A stretch of 64,000 nt of DNA. It comes from Podarcis melisellensis. Taxonomy: Eukaryota. Positions 12,900 to 26,896 of the stretch are shown here, one piece after another. Numbering within the stretch: position 1 is the stretch's first letter; each line of letters starts with the position of its first letter. The stretch lies in the NCBI GenBank assembly GCA_964234715.1, contig OZ174288.1; one strand, written 5' to 3'. Below the pieces are notes generated by a model. That model did no database searches. It was not told the DNA's origin and saw only the letters and a program-made list of their open reading frames with translations. Made by a program: the position numbers and the translations under genes.

Positions 12900-13648
12900 G
12901 GAATGAGGGCTGCTAACCTAGATGGCTTTAAAATAAGCTATCCATGGCTACTAGCAATGATGGCTCTGTTCTGCCTCCGTAGTCAGATGCTTCTGAATGC
13001 CAATTGCTGGAAACCACAGAAGGGGAGAGTGCTCTCATGCTCTGGTCCCGCTTGCAGGTTTCCCACAGGCTTCTGGCAGACCCTCAAAGCATCCCTATTT
13101 TCCAGGGACAGTCCCAGATTTACAGAAGCCATCCCAGTTTCTGATTTGATCTCGGAATGTCCCACTTTTCCTTTGGACGTCCCGATTTTCATTGGGCAGA
13201 TATTGGAGGGTTTAGGGTAGGCAAACTAAGGCCCGAGGGCTGTTTCCAGCCCAATCACCTTTTAAATCCAGCCCGTGGACAGTCTGGGAATCTGTGTTTT
13301 TACATGAGTAGAATGTGTGCTTTTATTTAAAATGCATCTCTGTGTTATTTGTGGGGCATAGGAATTCGTTCATTTCCCCTCCTTCAAAATATAGTCCGGC
13401 CCCCCACAAGGTCTGAGAGACAGTGGACCGGCCCCCTGCTGAAAAAGTTTGCTGACCCCTGGTTTAGAGCTAAGCAACCCCCGAGCCAAGGAGATAAGGA
13501 ACTATACAACCTTTAGAAGACATCTGAAGGCAGCCCCGTAGAGGGAAGTTTCATTTCATGTTTCATGTTTCATTATGATTTTATAAATGTCCAAAGCTGT
13601 CCAGAGTGGCTGGGGCAACCCAGTCAGATGGGCAGGGTATCAATAATA

Positions 13649-13700
<52 letters not shown>

Positions 13701-13800
13701 GACATCCCAATTTTCATTGGAGAAATGTTGGAGGGTGTGATCTGGTTGACCGCATGACTAGATATGCTATTGGACTGATCCAGCAGGTTCTTATTTTCTA
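12900..13800. mobile_element. Nested TE cluster: CR1 tail > MITE-like element with L2 tail > hAT MITE (about 13215-13461)
   Basis: CR1 tail is interrupted at about 13078 and resumes at about 13741; inner hAT ends ...gtttgctgacccctg; L2 tail with (TTA)n at 13500-13700. Confidence 0.65.
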
Positions 13801-16800
13801 ACTCAACAACTTCCAAGGTTATAGTTTGGGAGATCTACAATTAGTTGTGAGACAGGACTCTCTTTCTCTCACCCTACAACATACCCGCCCCATGGGAACA
13901 TTCCCTCCAGGCACTGAGGGACACCCCACTCTCTTGCTTCCAAACTCCCCTCCCGCGTGATCCACCACTAGCCTTCGCCTTCCTGCCTTTGAATGGACCT
14001 GAAGCAATAATTTAGAGACCTCCTATGCAAAGCAGTCTCCGTGGTTCCCAGCCTTGCCTTGAATTCCACCTAATAAACAACAACAACAACGGTGCAGGAA
14101 TAAATTAAGCACAAGTTAAGACAGCTGCATTACCCAACATTGGCAGAGCTGAGCCATATAATTTCAAAACAATACTTGGCACTGAGCTGGCACTTTGCAA
14201 ACATCAATTAATTAATCCTTTAATCTACACCCTTCTGAAGCAGGTGTGCAAATAGACTGTGTGCGTGTTTCGTGGGTGCCGCAAATTGAAAATGAGGGTT
14301 AAGTGCCTTGCTTAAGTGATTCCGTGGAAGATGCATAATCAAGATTTCTTATCAAGATGGATCGTCCTTTCCTGGCTGTACCTGTTGCCCTCCTGGTGCT
14401 GTTGGACTCCAATGCCCATCAGCCCCAACCAGCATGGCCAGTGGCCAGAGATTATGGGAGTTGTAGGCCAGGGACAGGCTCCTCATCACTGGGCGATACA
14501 ATCAACACCACACTGGCCACGCAACAGTTAAAAGGGGGAGGCTTCTTGTACGCACAGCATACTTAATAATTATAATTTTATTATTTATACCCTGCCCATC
14601 TATTTGTGTCTGGCTCATGAGCTGGTTAGCACCATCTCCTGCCCTCAATCCCCCTGCTATCAATACAAGGGGCCTTTTTCCAGGGGATTTTGGGTGCTCA
14701 ACTGGTTCTGTGGCTTTCTCAGTGCATAAGCAGATTTCGGCTCAGCAGGACGGCATTGTATTTAGTTTTCTTTACGTCCAAGTATTTATAAAATGATCTC
14801 CACTGGAATACTCTCAATCCCAGAGTGGGGAGCAACAGACTAAAGTAATTAATAAAAAGATACAGAAACGAGACAACGATAAACAAAACTTGCGGAATCC
14901 TTTAAAACATGCTGAACAGATAACAAATTAGCAGCGCTGCCATGAAACAAGCACAGCGAAACTGCAGTGAGGCCAACAGACGTTCGAATTCTGCCAGATT
15001 CTTGGGTAAAGAAAACAGGACATCCAAGATGAATTCGGGATGCGTGTCAAATAACCCCCAAGGTTACAAACACATGCCAGGATGACAATAAGCGTCAGCG
15101 TGAGTTGACTTTTAAATGGACGGTGGGTGGCCATCTGTCAGGGATTCTTTAGCTCCGATTCCAGCATTGTGGGGGGTTGGACTAGATGACCCTTTGGAGC
15201 CCTTCCAACCCTACAATTCTATCATTCTATGACTTTGGCATGTTGCATGAATCATCCTAATCCAGAATCTTCTGCAAGCAGCAGAGACTCTGAGATGCTC
15301 CAAGTGTTGTTATTTTTCAAACAGAATAAAATGTCATGCAATGTGTGGGTTGTTGTTGTTGTGTGTTTTTTAAAGATCAATCATGGTATGAGGAAGCCTT
15401 TGCCAACCATGTGCCACCCCCCAGGTGAACTATAATTCCCATCAGCCCCAGCCAGAACAGCCCTGGAGGAAATCCCAGGAGGGAGAGGGAGGCTGAAGCT
15501 GCAATTCTGTGAGTTCCTCCACTGGCAGTGGCCCCATTGACACTTGAGCAAATGGTGACTCTTAAAGCAATTTGCAAGTGTGAGTGCACAAGGAAGTGTG
15601 TTTTACCTGTTAAAAATATTAATGCAAGCACACACACACCCCATTTATGTGAGGGTTATGTTCCAGGTCACTGCATGTTTAAGTGAAATTGCGTGTATTT
15701 GAAACACCATTGAAACATCCTGCAAACACCCCCGTTCCGACCCTGCCCCTTCTGCTCCTTTTTGTGATGTTTTTGGGTCACTTCCGGGTTTGGTGTGTTG
15801 CGTGCGCATGAGTGCGGTTGCACACATATTGAATGCATGTAAATGAGGGGTTTGCCTGTATCCCGCTTTTCTGGCTTGCTTTCAAAGTGGCTCACAATAA
15901 CAGAGACAAATTAATATATCTGCAGATGGAACACACCAAAACTACCCAGGACTACATGAAGGCAACAATCCTCTGCATACTTAGAAACATGATAACATCA
16001 GAAGAACCTGCTGGATCAGGCCAGTGGTCCATTTAGTCCAGCATCCTGTTCTCACAGACTGTATACACGCTGCAGCTTTAAAGCATATCTGGAGCACATG
16101 CCTTCCTTCAAAGAGTTCTGGCCACTGGAGTTCCAATTCTGATCAGCACTTAACATAAGAAGGAGGCCACTGGATCAGGCCAGTGGCCCATCTAAACCAG
16201 TATCCTGTGCCTTAATGGGAAACCCTCTGGTTTCCACAAACTGGTATTCAGAAGCATTGTTGCCGCCAGCTGTGAAGGCAGAGCAGAGCCCTCATGGCTA
16301 GTAGCCATCTAGGTTGGTGGCCATCACTGCCTCCTGTGGAAGTGAGTTCCACCGTTTATGCACTGTGTGGAGAAGTACTTTCTCTTATGTATTAAAGGTG
16401 CCCATAATTCTTTGAGGGGAAAAATTTGATTTAAATATATATTGTATTGCACAACCACAGTGGTCAGATGCCTATGGGAAGCCCACAAATGGCTACTTCT
16501 TAACCCCAGTGAACTCCGTGGGACTTCCTTCCAAGTAGACTGGTGTAGGATTGTGTGACAACCGGATAAAGGAAGCAAAAGACAGGCACTCCGTTTTCCA
16601 GGCTAACCTGGCAGAGTAGGAGCTCCTACTTGTGTGTGGGTGTTGATGGAAGAGAGTTGCTGTTTCCTGCCATGTAATATGACAAATCCATGTAAGAGCA
16701 CAACATCTTGGATCATTAATACATATCGGCGCTTGAATAACACCTGCCTCTCCTTTCCTAATCCCCTGGAGGAAGTTGTGATCTCAAAGTCACTGCGATG

Positions 16801-17504
16801 TCAGAAGAGGCGAAACGGACAACTCAGGCTGGTTAAGTGGTTAATAAGATAATCACACCTCTTAAAGCCAATCCATTTCAATTTATTAAAATCTACTTTA
16901 TATCTCCTATCAAACACTCGTGGCACTACTGCATTATTAGTATCATTCTAATTAAGACTTGAAAGTGTTCTGAACTAGTTCACAGGTCAGCTCTGCTTAG
17001 ATGTATATGTGACATGTTGCATGAGAATATTTCATATCCATCTCCTTACCTTTTCTTTGTTTCCTATCTTGCATGAAATGTTTATATGATCATGTTTCAT
17101 ATTTCCGCCCTATGGTATAATGTATTTGTGTGTTAGTTTTGAATGTTTTAGCTTTGTGAGCAGCTTTGGATACAAATTTGTAGAAATGGGGTATGTAAAT
17201 AAAATAACAAAACTTGACGGAGAATTTTTATCAATTCATAACAAGACTTTCCCCCTCAACTAAGGTAGAGGAGGCCCTGTGAGATAATGGGACATGGGTC
17301 ATTTAATTTCAATGGTTCTATTCTGAGTGTGACTAAAATGCATTGTCCCTGCTGAGGAAAAGTCAAAGCAGTATCTTGTGCATCTAAAACAACAGCACAG
17401 CCAGTCTATAACACCCCTAACTGCTCATTTTACTGACTAACAAAGCTTCTGCTCCTCTTGAAAAAGAGAGAGCAAAAAAGGGGGGGGTATGGGGAGAGGA
17501 TTGC

Positions 17505-17873
17505 CAATGTACTGGTGCCCAAACTTTTTGGGCTCACCACTCCCTTGGTTCCATAAACTCATCCCCACTGGCTCCTATCCTATCCTACCCTATCCTATCA
17601 AAAGCATTATTTAGAATAGGAATTTGCATGAACCACTAAGGAGGATAATAAAAACAATAAAATTCAAAGCAGTAACAATTAATTGCACATTTATTCAACA
17701 TCCAAATAAAACTATTTAATTAACTCACCCAACAAAGTTGATGAACTTGATCTAGTGACAGCAGCTTTTCAGAGTCTGGTAGTCATTTAAACCTCCAGTG
17801 CCCCCCTGCTGCCCCCTTGCCCCTTAACACCCCCCCCCCATAAGTAATCCCACTGCCCACTTTGGGAACCATT
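17505..17873. mobile_element. hAT-like non-autonomous element; second copy at 54247-54580
   Basis: Two diverged copies share ggttccataaactcatcccc...aaaagcattatt...aagtaatcccactgccc...gaaccaytg. Confidence 0.7.
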
Positions 17874-20303
17874 GGGCCAAACTGCAATATCTTCCCCATC
17901 TAAAAGAAGTGACAGTCCTCATTTTATCTACTCACAAAGCTGGTGGCCTCTTAAAAAATAGAGAGCAAATAATAAAGAAGATAAGGGAAAGGGTTGCCTA
18001 TTGTCTAATGAGAACTGATACAATAGACCATCATTTGCAGAGAACAGTGCTCAAGGAGCACTGCCGTTTTCTGCTTGCTGAGGTCTCCTCCTAACAGAGG
18101 TGGCGAATTGCCCCCCACATTGAGGGGGCCCTTCACTCTTGTGGCGTCATATGCATAACGCCAGGTGGAAGGGGAGCCAGTGGGGCCATTGCCCCAGGCA
18201 TGCAAGCAGGGGTGTGTGAACCAGTCCCCCTCCGCAGAGATTCCTACTGCATTGCACCCTGCCAGGGGCAGGGGCTGGAGAGCACAAAGAGTAAAGATCA
18301 CTTTCTGTGCCCCAAACCCACCAGGTAGCAGTGGGAATGGAGAGCCATCGCTGGGATGTGAGTGCTCTCCCATCTGCGGCAGGGGATGGGGAATGTAGAG
18401 GGCATGTTTGCAGGTCAGAGGCCAATCTGTTATACACCCCTCAATATTGGGGAGGCTCAGCCCCCTGCCCACAAATATTGAGGAGGCCAAAGCCCCTTCT
18501 ACTCCCTAAAATTAGCACCCCTGCCTCCTAATGTGGGGCTACCCAGAACCTGGCTGGAGGCAGCTGAGACCCAGATGTCCAATTGGGCCAATTCCACTTT
18601 GCACAACACCTTTGATTGAATGACTTCCTGCATCTGGGCAGCTGTATTGAAGCACCAGGTCCTCTGTGAGTGTCCTTCCAAAAGCCATCAGTGTCTTTGT
18701 TCTAGAGAAGCCTTCTCTACCCTGATGCCTTCTCCAAATGTTTTAGACTACAGCTCCCATCAGCCCTCCCATCAATGTTAGCTGGGGGTAATAGGTGTGG
18801 TTGTTCATACAACCTCTGGAGGGCACAAGACTGGGGAAAGCTGTTCAAGATGCGGTGCTCGCCAAAGGTGACCAAATTCCTTGAAACTCTTAAATCTACT
18901 CCAAGGGTCTGGCATTGCTGATCTGGAGCAAATCTGCTTTCAATCACCGCAAAGTGCTTTTCATGGGTTTCAGCTCCTAACATATGCGGTGTTGGATTGA
19001 TGCACCCAGCTTTGGTAAAACCTAGCAGGTTGTAATCTATTAGTTATTAAGCAAAGTAGCCTTTGAGTTTTATTAACTACTGAAATGTCCTGAAAACTAT
19101 TTTTAAAGCACCATGCAAATTGCAAGGATTAACTTCACTGCTGTGTAATGCCTAGCAAGATGGGAGGAGCAGCTTGGCAGATGATTTACAGAGTAGGCAG
19201 CTTGAAACGTACTAGAAAATTCCCTCCTTCTAATTTCAGGAAGTCTTGGATTAACTAAAAGCAGCCCCCCCCCCCCGTCCAGGTTTTGGATCTGCACTTG
19301 GAAGCAGAGGCCAGCAAATTTCTGAGCAATGCTCTGCAGCAGATTTCTAATGATCTTTTAAGAACATGAGAGGACCCTGCTGGATTAGGCCAGAAGCCCA
19401 AGGTTCTCACAGTGGCCAACCAGATGCCTGTCTTTGATTCTTGGATAGTAACTAGATTTGTTCAAGAGGTTGGATTTGGCTAAAAGGCCTTCACAGTTTT
19501 TGGCTTTGATCTCAGAGTATGCAGTTAGTAGGCTGGCAACTGTATGTGTCAGCCTTCCCAACCTGGTGCCCTCCAGATGTTTTGGTCTACAACTCCCATC
19601 AGTGATGTGTGATCCTGGGGCTGATGGAAGTTGCGTTCCAAATGTCTGCAGGGCCCTGGAATGAACAGGTACTAAGAACCAAGTTAAGTCCCACATATAT
19701 TATTGTTAAGGCTTGCAGAATTGTGCAAGGGAGATAGAACTAGCAAGTGCAGGGCTGGGGAGCCCAGGACATTTTTTGGGAGGCTGGGAAGGTCAAAGGC
19801 AAAAGACAAGATTCAGAAAAGTCCTTTGCTTCTTGGGGGGAAAAGCCTTCTGCTTTTAGGAATCCAGAGGATTTGTTTGTTTTCATTTTTGCTAGCAGGG
19901 CCAAGATTTCAGCCTCTCTCTTTTCATCTTGGCAACTGGATGTTTTCTCTGAACCTCTGGATTTGGGAGTTTGTAAGTCCCCAATGAGCTCTGGGCTCCT
20001 CCAAAGGAACTATTTATTGAGCATTCATCCTGACAGGCTTGCAGGAAGCTTAAGCAATGGCGAGATTAGATCATGTATTTACTGAGTATTAACTCTTCTT
20101 TGTTGATGTACTGGTTCAAGGTAATGAGCAGCCATCCTATAGTCACCCTGATTTGCTTGTGGGTGTTTATACACCTTCCTGTTAGTCATTCGTTAATCCC
20201 GCACCTTTCAATGCATTTCCCCATCACTTTCTAAACCACAAAATGCCAGGTGGTTTTTAAAAATCCACTTTAATTGCATGAACCTAAAGTTCCGGTATAT
20301 GTG

Positions 20304-20305
<2 letters not shown>

Positions 20306-20338
<33 letters not shown>
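20306..20338. repeat. (CA)n microsatellite
   Basis: About 16 CA units. Confidence 0.95.
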
Positions 20339-20340
<2 letters not shown>

Positions 20341-23300
20341 GAAAAAATGACATTCTGGGGGCGCTCTTTATCTAGGTGAATCGGAATACAGTTAATTTTC
20401 CTGTCATACGTTTGGGAAGTCCCTCATCCACCCACTGCCACATAGAAAATGTTTCTAAAAGGTTCTGCTATGCGCTGTTTGCTTATACTAATTTAAGACC
20501 TGCAATATAAAATCATTCCATTGGCTTTTACTGAATATATATTTTTGGTTAAAACAAACAAACCCAAACAAACCACAACTGGTCAGGCTGGTTTGAAGGT
20601 TTAGGATCTTCCCTCACAGGCCTGCCCCTCTTTGCTTTGAAAATTAAGCACCACTTGACTTGTCATTCCTCAAGAATGGGGAGGTCCGATGATGTTTCTT
20701 AATGCTGCAAAGCCTGGCTTCCTGATTGACAGCATCTTCAAGCGAGCCCTGTATTTCTCTACGTGGCAGCAGCGAAGGAACTCACCATATTATTCTGTGG
20801 CCAAGGAAGCAGCAGCCCAGACCCAGTGAGTCCAGGGAGGTTGTGCAGCCCTCAGCACGGAGAGAGTGTTCTCCTTCCTTTTGTAGCTTTAATCATAAGC
20901 AAACATGTTGTGTGACCTTAAACTATTTTAACAAGCTCCAGGTACATTTGTATTTACATATTTCCTCTTTGTGGAAAGGGGAGAGACTTGTTTGTCGAGA
21001 GACGTGAGAGGTCCCTCTGGACTGGAGCGACAGTTTTCAGGCCTTGTCTTTGCTCTCCGGCTTGGCACACTTTGTGGGAGTGTGAGAGCTGCGGCAGCGC
21101 ATGTTTGCTCTCCTTTGAACACACACAGGTACTCAGGCAGGCAATTATCTCTGCCATCTGGGCCCTGCCTTGCCTGTTTTGAACCTGGAGGAGAATTTGC
21201 ACAACCTGAAGGTGGAGACGGCGCAACCGAGTCCTTTTAATGGGCTCATCCACCGAAACTATTAAAGAGGAGAAGCTGTTTAATGATTTAATGGAGCGCC
21301 GTGGAGACAAGCTCTCTCTCAGATGTCAAAAAAGCCAATCCAATGAATTATTGGTTTGAACGACTAATTTCTTCCAAAGAAATTGAGCTTTTTTCTTGCT
21401 TTTTTTTTTTTTTTTTTGCAGAGAGTAATGATACGACCAAAAGTGGGCTCACTTATGTCAGGTCATTAATCCTGCCATAATCAGAGTAGCTGAGAATAGC
21501 TCTTTGCCAGAGAATCCTTGCAAGACTGCAAGGGGGCTTTTGATCACTGTCCTGTTCCTGTTTCAGAATTCCACTTGAACTTGAGGCTAGGGGCACCTCC
21601 TCATGAGAAGCACTCTGACAGGGAGAGGCAGGCTTTGCAACGACAACATCAATGTTCTTTTCTGTTGCTAAGTCACTCCAGGAAGAGCCATCCCTCAGAA
21701 TATCTCAGTGTCATTAGCTGGATGTGAAATAAGAGCCTACACAATTTGCACCTTACCAAGTCAAATCCTATGCACCCAGGGATTCATAAACTTCCTGGTT
21801 CTGTTGCCCACCTGGGACTGCAGAGTCCTCCAGGGGTTGTTGAACACCTGTCAGGTCACAAGGCATCGTTGGTTTCTGGTGTTTGGCTTGGCCGGTCAAG
21901 AGTTGTACGTGCCTGTTTGGAAGAGAAGGGAACCTCCCCAGCTGCTGAGCCAAACAGAAAATGACAGGCCGACACATGAATGGCAAAGTAGGATAAACGA
22001 CTGGTGGGATGATGAATGTTTCTATTTCTTGGTTTAAGAGAGAATAATGCTGCCTGTGTTTCAGGATTATGTGTCTTAAAAATTGCCATCGCTGCTCTCA
22101 AAATAAGTAAGGATATTACACCCTGGGGGAGATGATTGCACAATCTGCAGGGGCTGTTGGCATTATCTGGAAAACAGAAGGCGAGAGAATGAGCCCCAGA
22201 AGGTAAGAGTTGCAGCTGGTACAGTCCTGCAACCCCCTTCTTTATGTTTTACTCGCCAGCAAAGTTTCCGGCACCTGCAAGATTCCACAGTAGACTTCAC
22301 CTGAAAGCAACACCTGAATGGCCACATTGTGTGACACATGACCCTGGGTCCTTTCTGGCCTTACCTGCAGATGCCACTGGGGATCAGACCTGGGATCTGC
22401 TACGTGCAACGTAGGTACTCTACTACTGAGTTACTATTGACCCTTCCCCCAATCGGATGTTTGGCTCTTTTGACCTAAGGGGCTCATCTCACTCCCCGTC
22501 CCCTTCTGTAGGCTTCCTACTCTTAAACATCCCTTGGTATAATGTTTAGCCTTCCAGGCTGTAAAGAAGTGAGCAGATTTGTACAGCATTCCTGGGAATC
22601 CTCCGTCTTGTGTAAGAGTCTGGATACTCATCTCTTTTTGACAGACCCTCCCTATTTTGTCCTCGCACGGGAGAAACAACTCCATGACCTCACCTCTCAT
22701 GACGTAAGGCTAGAGGAACGGAAGGGCTAGGTACCTCTGGCAGGGCAGATGCTATGCCTGCAAAAGGTCCTGGCTTCAGTAGGGCTGGTAGTGTGGTGTA
22801 GTGGTTAAATTGTCGTACCTTGCACTTAGCTATGCACTGAGTGAAGGACTTTCTTTTATCCGTCCTGAATCTTCCAACATTCAGCCTCCTTGGATGTCTA
22901 TGAGTTCTAGTGTTAAGAGAGAGAGAGAGAGCTTTTCAGAGGGAGTGGGGTTAAGAGGAGATCCAACCAGCCTCCAGAAGGCCTCAGGGTACCTCTGCAC
23001 TGCTGCTGAGACAACAGCTCTTCTTGGATGAGTCCCATGATACTGTGATCTGTCCAGGGTCCTCTTGTGATCTCGCATATAGACACTTTTGACACTGCTC
23101 TGTTGGATGTGCCCATCCAGTAAGGGCCACTGCTTCAACACCCAGCCTTCTCTGGGAGCCTTGAGCCAAATGAGATTAATTTTTTAGGGAAAAGCTGGGA
23201 ATCCTCTGAAAAATAACTGAGTGTGCACACACACAGTGCTGGGGGGGGGCGGCATTTACTGTGGATGCTGATCATCGCTTTCCACTTTGGTCATGGCTTC

Positions 23301-23744
23301 AGACCCTGCTTGGCCAGCCTTTGGAGATAAGTGGGAAGCAGCTGACCCCATAGCCAGACCAAGATGGGAAGGAAAAGGCAGTGCAGCCCATCCAGAGGAG
23401 ATGGAAGGGAGAAGGCCTTGGGAGGAGGCAGACTGATATAGCAGTTTAGATGTTGTGGTCAGGTTTTGGGTGGGGTGTGCAGCTTCCCAAATTCAGGCAC
23501 CACTTGTAGGAACATCAGGCGCTGCCTTGTACCATTGGATCATCCATCCCAGTACTGTCTACACGGATTGGCAGCTGTTCTGCAGGGTTTCAGGCAGGGA
23601 GTGTCTCCCAGCCCCTATGTTGGGAACTGAATCTGGGACTTTTTGATTGCAAAGCATGGGTTCTACTTCTGGGCTACAAGTCATTCTGCTAAAAATGAAT
23701 CAAGGTTCAGGTCCTTAGGGTTCTGAGCCGAGGGCTGATTTCAG

Positions 23745-23922
23745 CAGGAAGCTGTCTTTTACCAAATCACACCATTGCTCCATCTAGCTCAGTATCGTCC
23801 ACTCTGACTGAGAGTGACTCTGGCAGGCACCTTCCCACACCCCTACCTGGAGATGCCAGGGACGGAACCTGGAGCCTTCTGAGTGCATCACAGGTGTTCT
23901 GCCACTGAGCTACAGCCCTGCC
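23745..23922 (-). mobile_element. tRNA-derived SINE (Squam2-like); related copies at 23505-23680, 24860-25120, 43770-43950 and 58710-58880
   Basis: Minus-strand head gggctgtagctcagtggcaga (A-box like) and shared tail gacnatactgagctagatgga...cagcttcct. Confidence 0.65.
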
Positions 23923-25394
23923 CTCCACTCATTGGAAATATAAGCAATGCCCCCTGGCAGGCAAGAAGGATCTTGGCAGTGCATTGGCTTGCCTCAGCAG
24001 CTGTCTGGGATCTGCTCAGGCCCATCCATCGCCATGCCATCGACATGTTCCTGCAGCTTTTCCCATGCAGAGATGCCTGAGAGCCGCAAGGCCGTGCCCC
24101 TTTCCAGAGGGACGACGTCAACACACAGCACCACCAACGGCATTCGGAAGGAAATGCTGGCAAAGTGGCCCTCATGCTTAGTACATTTGGCCAGCAAATT
24201 AGCCCCGGGCAGGAAGGCAGGAGGACCTCCAGGAAGGTTTTGCAAGGCAGAGGCCAGCCCAAGTGACCAGTTTGCTTTGCAATAGCAGGAAGTGGTTCCC
24301 GCCGGCGAAGTCAGTAAACATGGGTGGCTGCCACTTGCAAGAACCTCTTGGATTTTAAAAACAAACCAATGAAAGAAACCCCAGAGGGAAGACCTGGAGC
24401 TTGAACTGAGAATGTCCTTGTGTGTCTGTGTTACCACACTGCAAACATTAATTAGCTTGCCAATCCCGGTGCCAGTAGCACTGACTGCCACTGCACTGCC
24501 TCAAATGGTCGCTGTCACTATTTTGCTTTCAAGATAATTGTCACCGGTGTGTTCTTTTTCTTTCTTTCTTTTTTGCATTTTGGTTCTCTCTGAAATCAAC
24601 CCTCTGCGATTTACATTTCGCACGCATGCACATAGAATTGTAGGACTGGAAGGGACTCTGAGGTTCATCTGGTCCACCTCCTGCAGTGCAGGAATCCCAG
24701 CCAACCTTTGTGTAGAAACCTCCAAGGAAGCAGAGTGCACCAACTTGCGAGGAAATCTGTTCCACATGTTGTGCTTGGCAGTTTAGGGTTACACATCAGG
24801 CACCTGATGAAAGTGGGCAGATAATAAAACTGCTAAGGCCTTTGTAAGATGCCACAATATAGGAAGCTGCATTTTACCCTTTCAGACCAACAACCCATTG
24901 AACTCAGTGATGTTGACAGTGACCAGCGGCCACCCTCCAAGGGGCATTCCTAGCCCTGCCTGGAGATTCTGGCAGTTGCACTCAGGATGCATGCATGCAA
25001 AGCTCAGAATTGTCCTCTGCAGCAGGTCCTCTGGGCTGCAGGAAGGGCCCCTCCCAACCCTTCCTGAACTTGAGACCTTCTGCATGCAAAGCAGATGCTC
25101 TACCGCTGAGCTACATTCATCCCCCACAACAATTACTTTTAAAATAATTTTATTATTTGCACCCCACCCATTTGACTGGGTTGCCCCAGCCACTCTGCTG
25201 ACTCTGGAATTCCTTTGACTGCTTTTCCAGTCCGTGACCAAAAAGTTTAGGAATCCAGGAATATTGGGCAATGGTGGATGGATGACCTTCTGAATGCTAC
25301 AGAAAATAGCAATTAACTCATGTTGGGCTGAATGATTCCTCTCTCTCTCATCGTAAAAACTTCCAGGGTGTGTGTGGTGCATTACATGGACTTA

Positions 25395-25750
25395 AAAAGG
25401 TAAAGGTAAAGGTACCCCTGCCCATACGGGCCAGTCTTGACAGACTCTGGGGTTGTGCGCCCATCTCACTTAAGAGGCCAGGGGCCAGCGCTGTCCGCAG
25501 ATACTTCCGGGTCACATGGCCAGCGTGACATCGCTGCTCTGGGGAGCCAGAGCCGCACACGGAAACGGCGTTTACCTTCCCGCTGATAAGCGGTCCCTAT
25601 TTATCTACTTGCACCCGGAGGTGCTTTCGAACTGCTAGGTTGGCAGGCGCTGGGACCGAGCAGCGGGAGCGCACCCCGCAGCAGGGATTCGAACCGCCGA
25701 CCTTTCGATCGGCAAGTCCTAGGCGCTGAGGCTTTAACCCACAGCGCCAC
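25395..25750 (-). mobile_element. Sauria SINE (second subfamily)
   Basis: (ACCTTT)n tail and tRNA head on the minus strand; body differs from the 8267 copy. Confidence 0.92.
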
Positions 25751-25766
25751 TTACTTCTGAGTAATA

Positions 25767-26111
25767 GGGATGCAGGTGGCGCTGTGGGTTAAACCACAGA
25801 GCCTAGGACTTGCCGATCAGAAGGTCGGCAGTTCGAATCCCGGTGACGGGGTGAGCTCCTGTTGCCCTGCTCCTGCCAACCTAGCAGTTTGAAAGAACGT
25901 CAAAGTGCAAGTAGATAAATAGGTACCACTCTGGCGGGAAGGTAAACGGCGTTTCCGTGCGCTGCTCTGGTTCGCCAGAAGCGGCTTAGTCATGCTGGCC
26001 ACATGACCCGGAAGCTGTACGCCGGCTCCCTCGGCCAATAAAGCGAAATGAGCGCCGCAACCCCAGAGTCGGTCACTTGACATAATGGTCAGGGGTTCCT
26101 TTACCTTTACC
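25767..26111 (+). mobile_element. Sauria SINE, full length, with TSD
   Basis: Head gggatgcaggtggcgctgtgggtt; tail tttacctttacc; TSD TTACTTCTGAGTAA at 25751-25764 and 26112-26125. Confidence 0.93.
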
Positions 26112-26896
26112 TTACTTCTGAGTAACAATGCAGGGGATTGTGCTGTACAGCTGTGAAGAAAGTACTTTTCCACGCACCCCATATTTAAAGTGTGGAACTT
26201 GCTCCCACGGGAGGCAGAGAGGGCCACTAACCTACATGGCTTTGAAAGAGGACCAGACAAATTAATGGAGGAGAGGGCTACCAATGACTACCAACCATCA
26301 TGGCTATCCTCTGCCTCCATAGTCTGAAGCAGTAAATGGTTCTGGAAACCACAGGAGGGCAGAGTGATCTTGTGTTCAGATCTTGCTTGCTGGTTTCCCA
26401 CCACTGACTTGTCCAGCAGGCTTTTCTTATGTTCTGTTCTCAGGAACCATATTTCTTCCTTTCCCCATATTTCTGCAGCTCAGACATGGAGAACCTGGAG
26501 CTAAACCCCCAACTCCCATAGTCCCCCAACACTGGAGTGCTGAAGAGCATTGCAGTCCAGCAACATCTTGTCTTTAGGAGATGGGGGTGAAAGGAGATGA
26601 AGTGGGTGGGGCCCTGGGCAGTAGCCCTGCTGGCCTTTTGCAGAGAAACCAACAAGGAGTCTTGTGGAACCTTGAGGACTAACACCTTTATTTGACCACA
26701 GTTGTTAACTCTCAGAGCTGCTCCTGATAACTCTTTGGTGTTTCCCATTTTAGGATGTGGTTTCTCTCTCTCTCTCTCTCTGGCCATCACTAGATACAAA
26801 TGGCATTTTTATTTATTTTTAACATCGAATACATTTTTGTTCTGGCAGGCTTTCCCACCTGGAGAAATGAGTCTTTACCACCATTGTCTTCTTGTT

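Noticed and set aside
25767-25845. tRNA-like A/B boxes (also 36955 and 23900) as tRNA genes
   Set aside because: They are SINE heads continuing into SINE bodies; no complete cloverleaf
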